Both the position numbers and the translations under genes were made by a program. Shown piece after piece: positions 28,101 to 38,500 of a stretch of DNA of 64,000 bases. Source of the DNA: a virus; the IMG/VR virus record IMGVR_UViG_3300010334_006426, positions 32,001-96,000 of that record; one strand, 5' to 3'. The notes beneath the pieces were generated by a model. The model was given only the letters and a program-made list of their open reading frames with translations, made no database searches and was not told the origin of the DNA. The first letter of the stretch is position 1. Every line of letters begins with the position of its first letter.

Positions 28101-29032
28101 TAGATGTCGATAAAGTCTGGACGGAAAAATACCGTCCTGCAACATTGAATGATATAGTTTTATCAGAAAAAAATAAATCTATACTTAAAAAGTTTGTTGA
28201 TCAAGATGAAATTCCTAATCTTCTTTTTTGCGGGCATGCTGGTATAGGAAAAACAACATCAGCTAAAGTGCTTATTAATATACTTGACGCAGAACATATC
28301 TACCAAAATTGCTCTGAGGTGGGGATTGATGCAGTTCGGAATGATATAACAGGGTTTAGTAGAACAAAGAGTTTTAACGGTAAGAAGAAAATTGTTTTGC
28401 TAGATGAGATTGATGGAATGGCTTCTATAGAAGCGCAAAGATCTCTACGTAATGTTTTGGAAGAATACGCCGGGCACTGCAGATTTATATTGACTTGTAA
28501 TTACAAGCACAGAGTTATTGTACCGCTGCAAAGCAGATGCCAGTCTATTGATCTAGATCCAAATATTACTGAGGTTGCAAAGAGATGTTTCACCATCTTA
28601 AAGCAAGAGACAATTGCTGTTGACGAAGAAAATAAAAAGAGATTAGTTGGATTAATTAGAAAATATTTTCCAGATATACGCAAGTGTATCAATGAAATGC
28701 AAAAGTTTTCCACAGACGGTAAGCTCACTATACCTGATTTAAATGTTAATAGTGACTTTGCCGATAAAATAATTAAACTAGTAACTAGCAAGAAGGTTCT
28801 ACAGGGTCGAAAATTTGTTATTGAGAATGAAGCTTCTTTTAACGGGGATTACCCTATTTTGATGAAAAATGTCTTTGATGAAATCTGTAAAGGTAATTAT
28901 GGCTTAACAGAAAATCAAAAAAGAATGTGGCTTGTTACTACTGGCGAATACATGTACAGATCGGCATTAGTTCTAGATCAAGAAATAAATTTTTACTGTT
29001 TATTGTTGGCGTTATCAGAGATTAGCGCTTAG
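28097..29032 (+). CDS. 44: Clamp loader AAA+ subunit (gp44/RFC small-like)
   Basis: WTEKYRP, GHAGIGKTT, LDEID, FILTCN, LQSRC, FPDIRK. Confidence 0.92.
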   Translation: MIDVDKVWTEKYRPATLNDIVLSEKNKSILKKFVDQDEIPNLLFCGHAGIGKTTSAKVLINILDAEHIYQNCSEVGIDAVRNDITGFSRTKSFNGKKKIVLLDEIDGMASIEAQRSLRNVLEEYAGHCRFILTCNYKHRVIVPLQSRCQSIDLDPNITEVAKRCFTILKQETIAVDEENKKRLVGLIRKYFPDIRKCINEMQKFSTDGKLTIPDLNVNSDFADKIIKLVTSKKVLQGRKFVIENEASFNGDYPILMKNVFDEICKGNYGLTENQKRMWLVTTGEYMYRSALVLDQEINFYCLLLALSEISA

Positions 29033-29645
29033 GTAAATACTTGGCCGTAGATTTTCCTGGATTAGGGAAATTAGGATTAACTTCTGGAGTGCGAGCATCT
29101 TTTGCAGGTGAGCTAGGTATTTGAACATTTACATTATTAAGTTTTCTATCACCTTCATTATCTTTATTATTACCTAAATCACTAGTCTGTGTTTGTCTAA
29201 AAGGGCGTAATGTTGCTTCAGCTGTTTTTTCTGCTTGCTCTAGCTTAGGGTCTATATTAACGTTACCTTCTCTTTTTAGACTATTAGGAACCGGGGCTAA
29301 ATTAGGGTATGTATGTATAGGTTCTAAAAGATGTGCTGGTACAGTAATAAATTCACGATATAAACCAGGCGCAACCTCTTGAACTATGTCAACTATGAAC
29401 GATTCTGCTTCGTTTTGTATATCACCAGAGTGAATAGTGGGTCTAACTGTTTTTATGGCGCTAACACGAAGATTGAGACCGCTATCTTTGAAAGATTTGG
29501 CCTTTTGAACATAGTTTGGAGCTTGCTTCTTGAAGAAATCATCACTAAATGCATTTTCTGTGAATTTAACTAAATCACCAGTTAGAAATCCACCTCTAGT
29601 AAACCTTTGAATAGAAGATTCATATAGCCTGACAAATTTGTTCAT
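29022..29645 (-). CDS. Hypothetical late protein (candidate internal head protein)
   Basis: 207 aa; TATAAATA at 29652-29659; N-terminus MNKFVRLYE. Confidence 0.7.
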   Translation of the reverse strand: MNKFVRLYESSIQRFTRGGFLTGDLVKFTENAFSDDFFKKQAPNYVQKAKSFKDSGLNLRVSAIKTVRPTIHSGDIQNEAESFIVDIVQEVAPGLYREFITVPAHLLEPIHTYPNLAPVPNSLKREGNVNIDPKLEQAEKTAEATLRPFRQTQTSDLGNNKDNEGDRKLNNVNVQIPSSPAKDARTPEVNPNFPNPGKSTAKYLPKR

Positions 29646-29714
29646 ACATATTATTTATAGCTTAAAACCGTTAAATAAATACTTTTGTAACAAATATTAC
29701 ACTATAAATATAGT

Positions 29715-30182
29715 ATGGCAGCTATTGTATTAAACTCGTTTTCGGCACCTGCTTCAGGCGCTTTATATAGAGACTTACTATTAGATCTTAAAATAAACTA
29801 TACTAGAAACCTACAATTAGAAAAACATAGAGAAGTGAAGGATTTGCAAAGATCAGAAGATATAGGCGCAATTAAAAATAGCCTATTTAATTTATTTACT
29901 ACTATACCTGGTCAAAAAATATTAAACCCTATTTATGGCTTAAATTTATTGCAATATTTATTTGTACCCGCGTCAACATCACAAGCTAGAATTATTGGGG
30001 AGGTAATCTTTACTGGTGTAAAAAGATTTGAACCTAGATTATTAATTCGCAAGGTTAACGTTGAAGCTATCGAAGATCAGAATCAATATAACGTAGCAAT
30101 GATAATGGATGTACCCTCTTTAAACGTTACAAATGTATCTTTAAATGGAACATTAAATGATTCGGGATTTTATTATAATTAA
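29715..30182 (+). CDS. 25: gp25-like baseplate wedge protein
   Basis: AIKNSLFNLFTTIPGQKILNPIYG...FEPR; TATAAATA 4 nt upstream. Confidence 0.88.
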   Translation: MAAIVLNSFSAPASGALYRDLLLDLKINYTRNLQLEKHREVKDLQRSEDIGAIKNSLFNLFTTIPGQKILNPIYGLNLLQYLFVPASTSQARIIGEVIFTGVKRFEPRLLIRKVNVEAIEDQNQYNVAMIMDVPSLNVTNVSLNGTLNDSGFYYN

Positions 30183-30184
30183 AC

Positions 30185-32059
30185 ATGAATACAGATATTA
30201 CAAATAATCCATTTAGTTTGCCTATTAACGCTTATGCAGCGTTCGATGCCTCTAGTTTAAAATCGTTAATGATACAGCGCTTGAGCCAGGGTAATGTATT
30301 TACAGATCAAATTTACGAGGGTAGTAATTTTAATAGTCTACTCGACATTATAGCTTACAGTTATAATGTTCTGTTGTTTTATCTAAACAAAACTGCTAGT
30401 GAGAGTATCTTTAGCCAGGCACAGCTGTATGAGAACATGAATAAAATTGTAAAGTTGCTTGGGTATAATCCAATAGGCGTACAAACCAGTATTTTGAGTT
30501 TCAATACAACCGCGCCATCCAGTCTACCTAGTGGAGTTTATACTATTCCAAGATATTCTTACTTTACAATAAACGGTATACCGTATTCATTCACCGAAGA
30601 TGCAACATTTATAAAAAATAGCGATGGTGATGAAGTCTTGCAAAACTTAAGTGATTCTAGCGTCTTGTATCAAGGATTAATGACACCATATCCAAGTTAT
30701 ATAGCTAACGGCGCGCCCTACGAAGAATTTATATTAGCCGCAGTTGGTGATGAGGGTAATGCAGATTTAATAGACCATAATAACATACATGTTTACGTTA
30801 CAACTAAGAACGGAACGTATGAACAATGGAATAGGGTAAATAGTCTTTACTTAGAATCATCTAACAGTAAGAGTTTTGAATGTCGTCTTAATGAAAATCA
30901 AAGATATGTTATAAAATTTGGTAATAATGTTAATGGAAAACAAATACCACAAAATAGTTTAATAACTGTCTTTTATCTTAAGAGTAGCGGTTATGCAGGG
31001 CAAATAGGGCCAAACGTTTTGGACGGTAATAGATTATTTCTTTATAATCAGCCAACATACAACAAGATTTTTAACGATATTAAAACAAATACAACTTACC
31101 TAAATGATGCTCAAGCATCTTTATTATCATTTAGTAACTCATCTCCTAGCACAGTCTTTAACGGGTATGAAAGTACTAAAGATATACGTAACAACGCGCC
31201 TAATTTATTTAAAACACAATATAGATTAGTTACTACAACTGATACGGAACTTTATATAAAAAATAATTTTAATAATGTTATTAATGATGTAGCTGTATTG
31301 AATAATTGGGAGTATCTAGCAGAGCATGTACGTTATCTATACAATTTAGGGCTAAGGTCCCCTAATAATGATAGCCGTGTATTGTTTAATCAAGTTACTT
31401 TTGCCGATAGTTGTGACTTTAATAATCTATATGTTTACGTGGTTCCTAAATTGCAAAATAATAATTTTAGTACAACTCTTAGAAATAATTTTCTCAATAC
31501 TGGATTAAAAGATAAAATTATAAACACTATACAGAATTTAAAAATGGCTACAACAGAGATAGTCATGATGGACCCTGTCTACATTGCAGTATCGCTGGGG
31601 GTAGCTAGTATAGATGAAATAAACAACAAAGAACTTACTACTTCTATAGGGGATGAAACAACTATACTTGTCGGTAGATCGCCTAATAGTAGATTTTCAG
31701 AAAATGAAATAAAATCTCAAATTAATAATATAATAACTAGTTATTTTAGTGTTGAAAACTGTAAGCTAGGGCAAACTATAGATTTACTATCTTTAACATC
31801 ATCAATATTATCATTAGAAGGTGTAACTTCTTTAAGAACTCAAAGAGTTGTAAATGGACAGCAAATAGTGAAAAACGGATTAAGTTTTATGGTGTTTAAT
31901 CCCGTATACAGCGACTCTAACGAAGATATAAATATTATAAATCAAAACCTTACTCTACAAAGATTTAAAATTCCATATTTGTACAAATCGGAGACAATAT
32001 TTTCTAAAATTTTTGTAGTAACACCTGATACTCAGGAAATAAGCCTAAGGGAGTATTGA
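30185..32059 (+). CDS. 6: gp6-like baseplate wedge protein
   Basis: FTDQIYEGSNFNSLLDIIAY, LLGYNP, IKFGN...GK, ES..DIRNNAP..F.TQYRLVT. Confidence 0.88.
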   Translation: MNTDITNNPFSLPINAYAAFDASSLKSLMIQRLSQGNVFTDQIYEGSNFNSLLDIIAYSYNVLLFYLNKTASESIFSQAQLYENMNKIVKLLGYNPIGVQTSILSFNTTAPSSLPSGVYTIPRYSYFTINGIPYSFTEDATFIKNSDGDEVLQNLSDSSVLYQGLMTPYPSYIANGAPYEEFILAAVGDEGNADLIDHNNIHVYVTTKNGTYEQWNRVNSLYLESSNSKSFECRLNENQRYVIKFGNNVNGKQIPQNSLITVFYLKSSGYAGQIGPNVLDGNRLFLYNQPTYNKIFNDIKTNTTYLNDAQASLLSFSNSSPSTVFNGYESTKDIRNNAPNLFKTQYRLVTTTDTELYIKNNFNNVINDVAVLNNWEYLAEHVRYLYNLGLRSPNNDSRVLFNQVTFADSCDFNNLYVYVVPKLQNNNFSTTLRNNFLNTGLKDKIINTIQNLKMATTEIVMMDPVYIAVSLGVASIDEINNKELTTSIGDETTILVGRSPNSRFSENEIKSQINNIITSYFSVENCKLGQTIDLLSLTSSILSLEGVTSLRTQRVVNGQQIVKNGLSFMVFNPVYSDSNEDINIINQNLTLQRFKIPYLYKSETIFSKIFVVTPDTQEISLREY

Positions 32060-32060
32060 T

Positions 32061-35000
32061 ATGCCCGGGCCTAGTGTCAGTATACTAGCTACGGTACTGG
32101 ATAATAGCAATAGACCCGTTAGTAAAGGTTATACGTTATCAAACACTCCTTTCTATTTTAAGCCAATATGGGATGGGGAATCTATTAATTACAGTCAATA
32201 TGAAATTATTTGGGATTTTGGAGACGGTACTACATTTTTAGGGCTAAGTGCAACCCATGTATACAAATTACCAGGAATTTACCCTGTAACAGCTACATTT
32301 TTTAATAGAACAGGTCAGGCCTTTAAAATCACCAGTACCACCAGTTTAAGTGTTTACAACGTAATGCCTGATACTTTAATTTTTGATAGATTAACACCAA
32401 CTTACAGAGAAGGTTTATATCTATTACCTGCAGGTAAAAAGAGCGAACCGCTAAAAATTTACAGATACAATAGCTGGCAAAATGATAAATTTCTATCAAA
32501 AACCAACTATACAATAAATCTTTATGCATCAGGATCTAACAGTACATATTATTCACCAGAAGAATATTACAAAGGACGTTACTCACATTTAAGAAATTTC
32601 TTCGGCTTTATAGAAACTGAAGTTAATAATGATACATCACAGAACAAAATTATAAATAAAACAACAACATCATCTGTTAGTGTTTACGCCATACCCAATT
32701 TTGATGAATATGGTGAAATTACTTTTGACTTTACAACAACACCTAATCAAAAAACAGCATTCGCCGGTACTTCAGGTAGTACGACCACAGACACAAAATA
32801 CATAAGCTATATAGATCAAACACCTTCCAGCGATAAGAAAAATACCTTAATATATTTGTTTGCACATATAGATTCTACCGGTTTTGAAGACTCTTTTACC
32901 TTTAAAAACAATCTCTATACATACTTAAGTTTACCAGCTTACAGTATTAATAATACAGCATGGCAGACTCAATACCTTAAATCTGTTTTTAATCCAGCAG
33001 AAAAAATTTCTATTACAAGCAACGGTATTACGGTAGAAGGCGATGTAGATTACATAGGCAGTCTATCAGCACAACAAGTAAACTATTTTAATATCTACCC
33101 TATTAAATGGGCTGATTCAAAAATTTCTTTTTGCTGTACTTTCAAAGATTCCTCTAATTTTACAACCAAAAATTATCCTAACATTACAAAATTTAGATTT
33201 GACGGCAAGCATCCCACCGAGGTTAATACTGTTAGCTTAAGCTTAGTAAGCTACAAAGATCAAACTTATAATACTACTAGACTATTTACTAAAGATACGG
33301 TGCAAAAAGACTATGAGAGAGTAGAAGATGCTATTTTTGAAAAAAATGACACAGTACCAGTATTTAAAAATAGTAGCTATTTTTGCGGTATGTTAAGGAC
33401 TAGGACTTCCGTAAATGCAGCTGTTATTAGTGCATGCGCTTTAATACAAGATGAGCCTGTTGCAAATTTAGGTATTACCTATGGTTATGTTGGTCAACCT
33501 GGCCTAAAAAATATAAAGAAATTTAATAAAAAAATTATAATGGATCACTGTGGTTCTGAAAACTTGCAGTTTAAAGTGCTTACGGATGAAGTTTATACTA
33601 TTAACACTATTCAAGATTCTAGTGTAGGTATTTCAGTTCTTCCTCTTGGTAGCTTTAATTTAGGAGAAAATAGAATATATGTAACAGATTCTGACAATGA
33701 TATGATGAAAGTTTATACACCTGAAGGATATAGTGTGGGTAATATTAATTTTAGAAATGCTTTAATTTATACAGGTTCCAATACAGTACCTATTTCAGCA
33801 AACTTGCTCGGTGATTTAGACGGTGCGACCCCAGCTAGTATAGCTTTAAATAGCAAAGGAGATGCTTGGGTTTCTCTATATGATGCAGTTTCATGTTTTA
33901 AGTTTGATTACTCAACTTTAACTATAACCGCTTGCGCGGTACCCCCTCTAAACAACACTTATTATGATACATCATCTTATTTTTCAACTAGCGGATTTTC
34001 CGGTGAAAACTCACTTCTTCCAGCATGTTTAGACGTTGATAGTAGTGACAACCTTATTGTGGGTTATAGTCATCCTATTAGTGGGTTTATCATAAAATAC
34101 AATAATGATGGTATTGCTAAAAAAGTAATAGCACTACCTCAATTTACTACAGTTCAGGAAATAATAGCTGATAAATTTGATAATGTGTATGCTGTAGTTA
34201 AGGATATGAGACGTGACAAACCTAATCCACATTATGTGGATGATTTTGTATATAAATGGGATCAAGATTTAAATTTAATAAAAAATTTTCCTGTCCCTAT
34301 TAAAAATATTGGAAGTGCAACTATAGATTTAAACCAAAATCTATACGTTAACAACGGCGCATCTAAGTTTACTAGAATCACCCCTACAGGTGATTTGACT
34401 GAGATTATCTTACCGGTAAACCCGGAAACGTTTATGCAATATATTGGCGGTATTGCTTGTGATGAGGAAGGATTTCTATGGATTGTTCACAATCAAACAG
34501 GCAAAATGTATTTTTATCCTATCGATACATTAATACAGTTACCGTTGTCGGGTGTATTTTGTGGCGACTTGCCCGATATTCAGCTTATAACACCTAACGG
34601 TAGCCCTGCACATTATTCCGCTGTAGGTGACTGGACAGGGGTAAGATGGATAAACAAATTCTTAAAGAAAAATACCCCAGCTCCTAGATATATTTACGGA
34701 ACAAGTAATTTATTTACTATCAAAGAAGACAAGCCTGTTATTTCAAAGATTAATGAGGATTATGACCAGGCAGCCACTTTTAAAGGATATGTTTTGCAAG
34801 AATCACTTTTAAATAAATCTCAATTTTTTGATAATTTTCTCGGTCAAATTGTCGGTGATAGCGATAGTCTACCTACCGAGCTTGGCAAAACAATTTTTGA
34901 AAAAATTGCTAATTTTACATCTAACGTTAGTGATGTAGATAGGTGTGAGTTGGATTCGTTATTGAGTATGCACAGTCAAATGGGCAAAGACCTCCCTGTA

Positions 35001-35558
35001 TTTGGGGCTACCTATCCGCCTAAGCTAAGAAGAGTCATGAATTTACTAAGTCAAAAACAAAGTAAGCTGTTCGGTTCGCCTAATACATATAGATATGATT
35101 TTAATAACAGAGTTGACGGTAATAGTAGAAATTTAGGTGAAGAAATTGATATTATATCTGGCTATTTTATAGCTGGCGAACCTATAGTTACTTTTGAAAA
35201 TTTTAGCCAAACATTTAAGCTAGTTTACAACACACTAGTACCTGAAACTAACGGAATAGTTAGCGTAGAAGGTAGTTTATATCCATTATCCGGTATAAAC
35301 TACAACTGGGGGTGGGGACTAGTTCTACCAGACGATAGTATTCACGGACCAGAGATTGCACAATTTTATAAGTTCTATAAATACATACCATACATGCCTT
35401 TAAACGCTATAGACAGTTCGATAGACTTTAATAATATTCAAACTACTTATACCAATACTCAAAGCTCTTATAATGATTGGACAAAGTATGGAGGGATAAT
35501 GGATCAAGCAATTTCAAGAGCATTATATGAAGGGTTAAATTTATATGATAATTTCTAG
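32061..35558 (+). CDS. Large baseplate-associated protein with PKD domain and NHL-like propeller
   Basis: WDFGDGT...HVY..PG.Y.V PKD; IYVTDSDND and D..G..W repeats; follows gp6 (gp7 position). Confidence 0.7.
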   Translation: MPGPSVSILATVLDNSNRPVSKGYTLSNTPFYFKPIWDGESINYSQYEIIWDFGDGTTFLGLSATHVYKLPGIYPVTATFFNRTGQAFKITSTTSLSVYNVMPDTLIFDRLTPTYREGLYLLPAGKKSEPLKIYRYNSWQNDKFLSKTNYTINLYASGSNSTYYSPEEYYKGRYSHLRNFFGFIETEVNNDTSQNKIINKTTTSSVSVYAIPNFDEYGEITFDFTTTPNQKTAFAGTSGSTTTDTKYISYIDQTPSSDKKNTLIYLFAHIDSTGFEDSFTFKNNLYTYLSLPAYSINNTAWQTQYLKSVFNPAEKISITSNGITVEGDVDYIGSLSAQQVNYFNIYPIKWADSKISFCCTFKDSSNFTTKNYPNITKFRFDGKHPTEVNTVSLSLVSYKDQTYNTTRLFTKDTVQKDYERVEDAIFEKNDTVPVFKNSSYFCGMLRTRTSVNAAVISACALIQDEPVANLGITYGYVGQPGLKNIKKFNKKIIMDHCGSENLQFKVLTDEVYTINTIQDSSVGISVLPLGSFNLGENRIYVTDSDNDMMKVYTPEGYSVGNINFRNALIYTGSNTVPISANLLGDLDGATPASIALNSKGDAWVSLYDAVSCFKFDYSTLTITACAVPPLNNTYYDTSSYFSTSGFSGENSLLPACLDVDSSDNLIVGYSHPISGFIIKYNNDGIAKKVIALPQFTTVQEIIADKFDNVYAVVKDMRRDKPNPHYVDDFVYKWDQDLNLIKNFPVPIKNIGSATIDLNQNLYVNNGASKFTRITPTGDLTEIILPVNPETFMQYIGGIACDEEGFLWIVHNQTGKMYFYPIDTLIQLPLSGVFCGDLPDIQLITPNGSPAHYSAVGDWTGVRWINKFLKKNTPAPRYIYGTSNLFTIKEDKPVISKINEDYDQAATFKGYVLQESLLNKSQFFDNFLGQIVGDSDSLPTELGKTIFEKIANFTSNVSDVDRCELDSLLSMHSQMGKDLPVFGATYPPKLRRVMNLLSQKQSKLFGSPNTYRYDFNNRVDGNSRNLGEEIDIISGYFIAGEPIVTFENFSQTFKLVYNTLVPETNGIVSVEGSLYPLSGINYNWGWGLVLPDDSIHGPEIAQFYKFYKYIPYMPLNAIDSSIDFNNIQTTYTNTQSSYNDWTKYGGIMDQAISRALYEGLNLYDNF

Positions 35559-38500
35559 TATACTTAATAACGATTACAATGCTTTTGACAATAAAGACCC
35601 ATATACGTTTTTAGAATGGTTTAAGCAAAATGATTCTGTCGATCCTGATGTAAATGTTCAATTTCTTGAATATAAAAAATATATTTTAAATTGGACAGAA
35701 AAGAAAAAATTAACAAAAATAGAGACAAAAAGCGTTATCCAGGCTAGTTACGTACAGGTTTTAAGGGAAATAGCGGTCTCTTACAGCACAGAGGAGGAAA
35801 AACGTTTTGTAACTAATGCCGATTTAAACAATCCAAGCGATGTAGAAATAGTACTACCATTCTTTATTTACAAATTAAAGCAAATATGCCTTTACTATGC
35901 TATAGCAAGAGAAGAATTAAAAAGTAGTTTTATTGAATATGGTTCAAGAGGTACTAGCTTTGGGGTAGAGAAAATAGTAAAAGATTTAATATTTTCTACT
36001 GCAAGGCTTGATATATCGTTTGATAATTTACCTTGCTTTTTTCCTCCTCTTTCTTCTATCGCACAAGATTTATATGTAACTGTAGAAGAAATATACGATA
36101 CTACAGACAATTATTTTAATGTATCGCCTGATAATATTAGTAAAGACAGGTATAGTACAGTGCAAAATCTTTCCTCTATAAATTTAATTTTTCCGAATTT
36201 ATATGTTGAATTTAAGCAAGCAGTAGTAGACGCAATCCATCAATACCCTATTTATATAGATTCATTAAAAAACACTTTTGCAATTAACCCGCCTCTATCT
36301 GGCATCGAATTAAATTATTTAAAGAATAGAGATTTTGTAGACTATCTTCAGTCAAATTCCACTGATACTTTAAAGTTAAATCTCTTGCGTAAATTAGCGC
36401 CAAAGTATCTAGCAAATGATTTTTATTATCTTAGTACAGGTAGTACTACTACTAATTTTGTATCCGGTTTGTTATTCTCAGTGTCGCCGCTCACAGGTGC
36501 ACCTACTCTTAATTTGTTAAATAGAAATAATCCCAGTGTAGCCACGGTACCAAATACTAATGAATTATATACAGAATTAGAACTAGGTAGGTTCTTTTTA
36601 CCACATCATCAAGGCGTACTGATTCACAATACACCACAAAAGACATTTAGCATTAACACGGGTGAATTACTTCCTAATACCCTTTATGCATTTCCGGATC
36701 CCAACGTTGTTGGAAGTGTATCGTATAACAGTAATATTGATAATAATTTTCCTTTAATTTATAAAATAGATGTCTCTTGGAATAAAGTAAGTCGTAGTAA
36801 TCAGTTTAAATTTGGCGATGTATTCGCAATACCTTATAACAGCCTGTATTATGGTTATCAAAGTCGAGAGCAAGATTTAAATCTAGGGACTTCGGGTATT
36901 AGTAGAGTTCAGGATAATGTTGATTTTTGGGGTGGATTAAAAAAGAATGAATGGCTTAATGCTGATATATGGCCTGGTATAGATGTAGCAGATATTTACC
37001 CTAACCAAGATAGGCAAGAATCTTTACTGGTTAATAAAGGTACACCGGTTTATTGGGGAAGCGATATATTTAATAATGATTTTTGTCTTATTAAAGAAAT
37101 TAGTCCTTTAAAAAACATTACAAATACAACCAGTCTTACTAGCCAGGGTATTATACCTGGTCAAAATACTAAAGTTACGGTTAATTCTAAACTATTAGAA
37201 GAACAATCAATTTACAATAAGAAAAATGTTCTACCTGGAGATTTATATTTTAGAGATAATATTGTTGGTAAGACATACACCGGGTTAATGGCGTTAAGCA
37301 GCGTACTTTTGAGATATCCTAAAAAAATATATGAAAGTATTCAATCTAAAATAGTTTATTTTGCTATCTACGGTAATACTTTTGTTTTAGAAACGGATGA
37401 TATAGTTGTAGTTGATAGCTATAATTATGACTATGACAATAATCGTATAACACCAACGACACCGCAGGGTTTATTTTTTGATAAATTTTTAACCTATAAA
37501 AATATTGAACGTTTTGCCGGGGAATGGTATTCTGAAAGAGATGATAAACTATATCTATGCTTTTTAGTAGTAAATCCTCTTCACGGTAAATCTAGCTATA
37601 AGTCCATATACCCTAAGATATACGATATTAATCTTAGTCCTCTAGTTTCTAAGCTAATTTATCCTGATCCAGAAAAAGATATATTTTTAACGTATTCACT
37701 ATCGGCTAACTCTGAAATACCATCACAAATTGATTTAAAATTACTTGATGGTATAAGTGTAGAGTTTTTAAACAAAACTAACATATTTAACATTTCGTAT
37801 CTAGGTAAGAATCTCAATAGTCTGCCATTTGTAGTAAATGAGCAAATTTATAAAAACGAGCCTTATTTTTATACTTATCAGCCCCAAATATTTCAACCAT
37901 TTTATTATACTGTAGATACTAATTATTTCACTTCAAGCCTACCTTATTTTACAAAATATATAGGATCAACGACTGGGATAGTAGGGTCTCATAATTTTAT
38001 TCAAGGCCAACTCAATACCTCGCAATATAGTGCGACCGGTGTTAACTATATGTATTGCGATGGTGCACTACCTGTGCAACTAAACCTTTTAGGAACTTAT
38101 ATAGTTCAATTTGATTGGCAGGTTTATAGCGAAGTTACCGTGTTTATAGGATGCTCAGGTTATATAATTAGAAATACTGATTCTAATTTACTATGGAATG
38201 CCGATACCGCGACTGCAAAATATCTATTTAAACAAGACACAGTAGGTACTATAGTTGAAAAACTGTCTACTAACGGTGTTAATACTAATATATTAAATGT
38301 AGGTCTTGAGATAACCAGGCTAACCGATGACCCCTCATTAGTAAAGTTTGTTCTTAAAAGTAATACATTGCCAGCAGAATCACAAATATGTAATACTCCT
38401 TTAGATATTTTTAGAAATCTTAATATAACACTCCTAGGCGAAGGTAGCGGCCGTATTATTACTGATCCATTTTGTATTGATTGCTCATCTAGCTGTTCAG

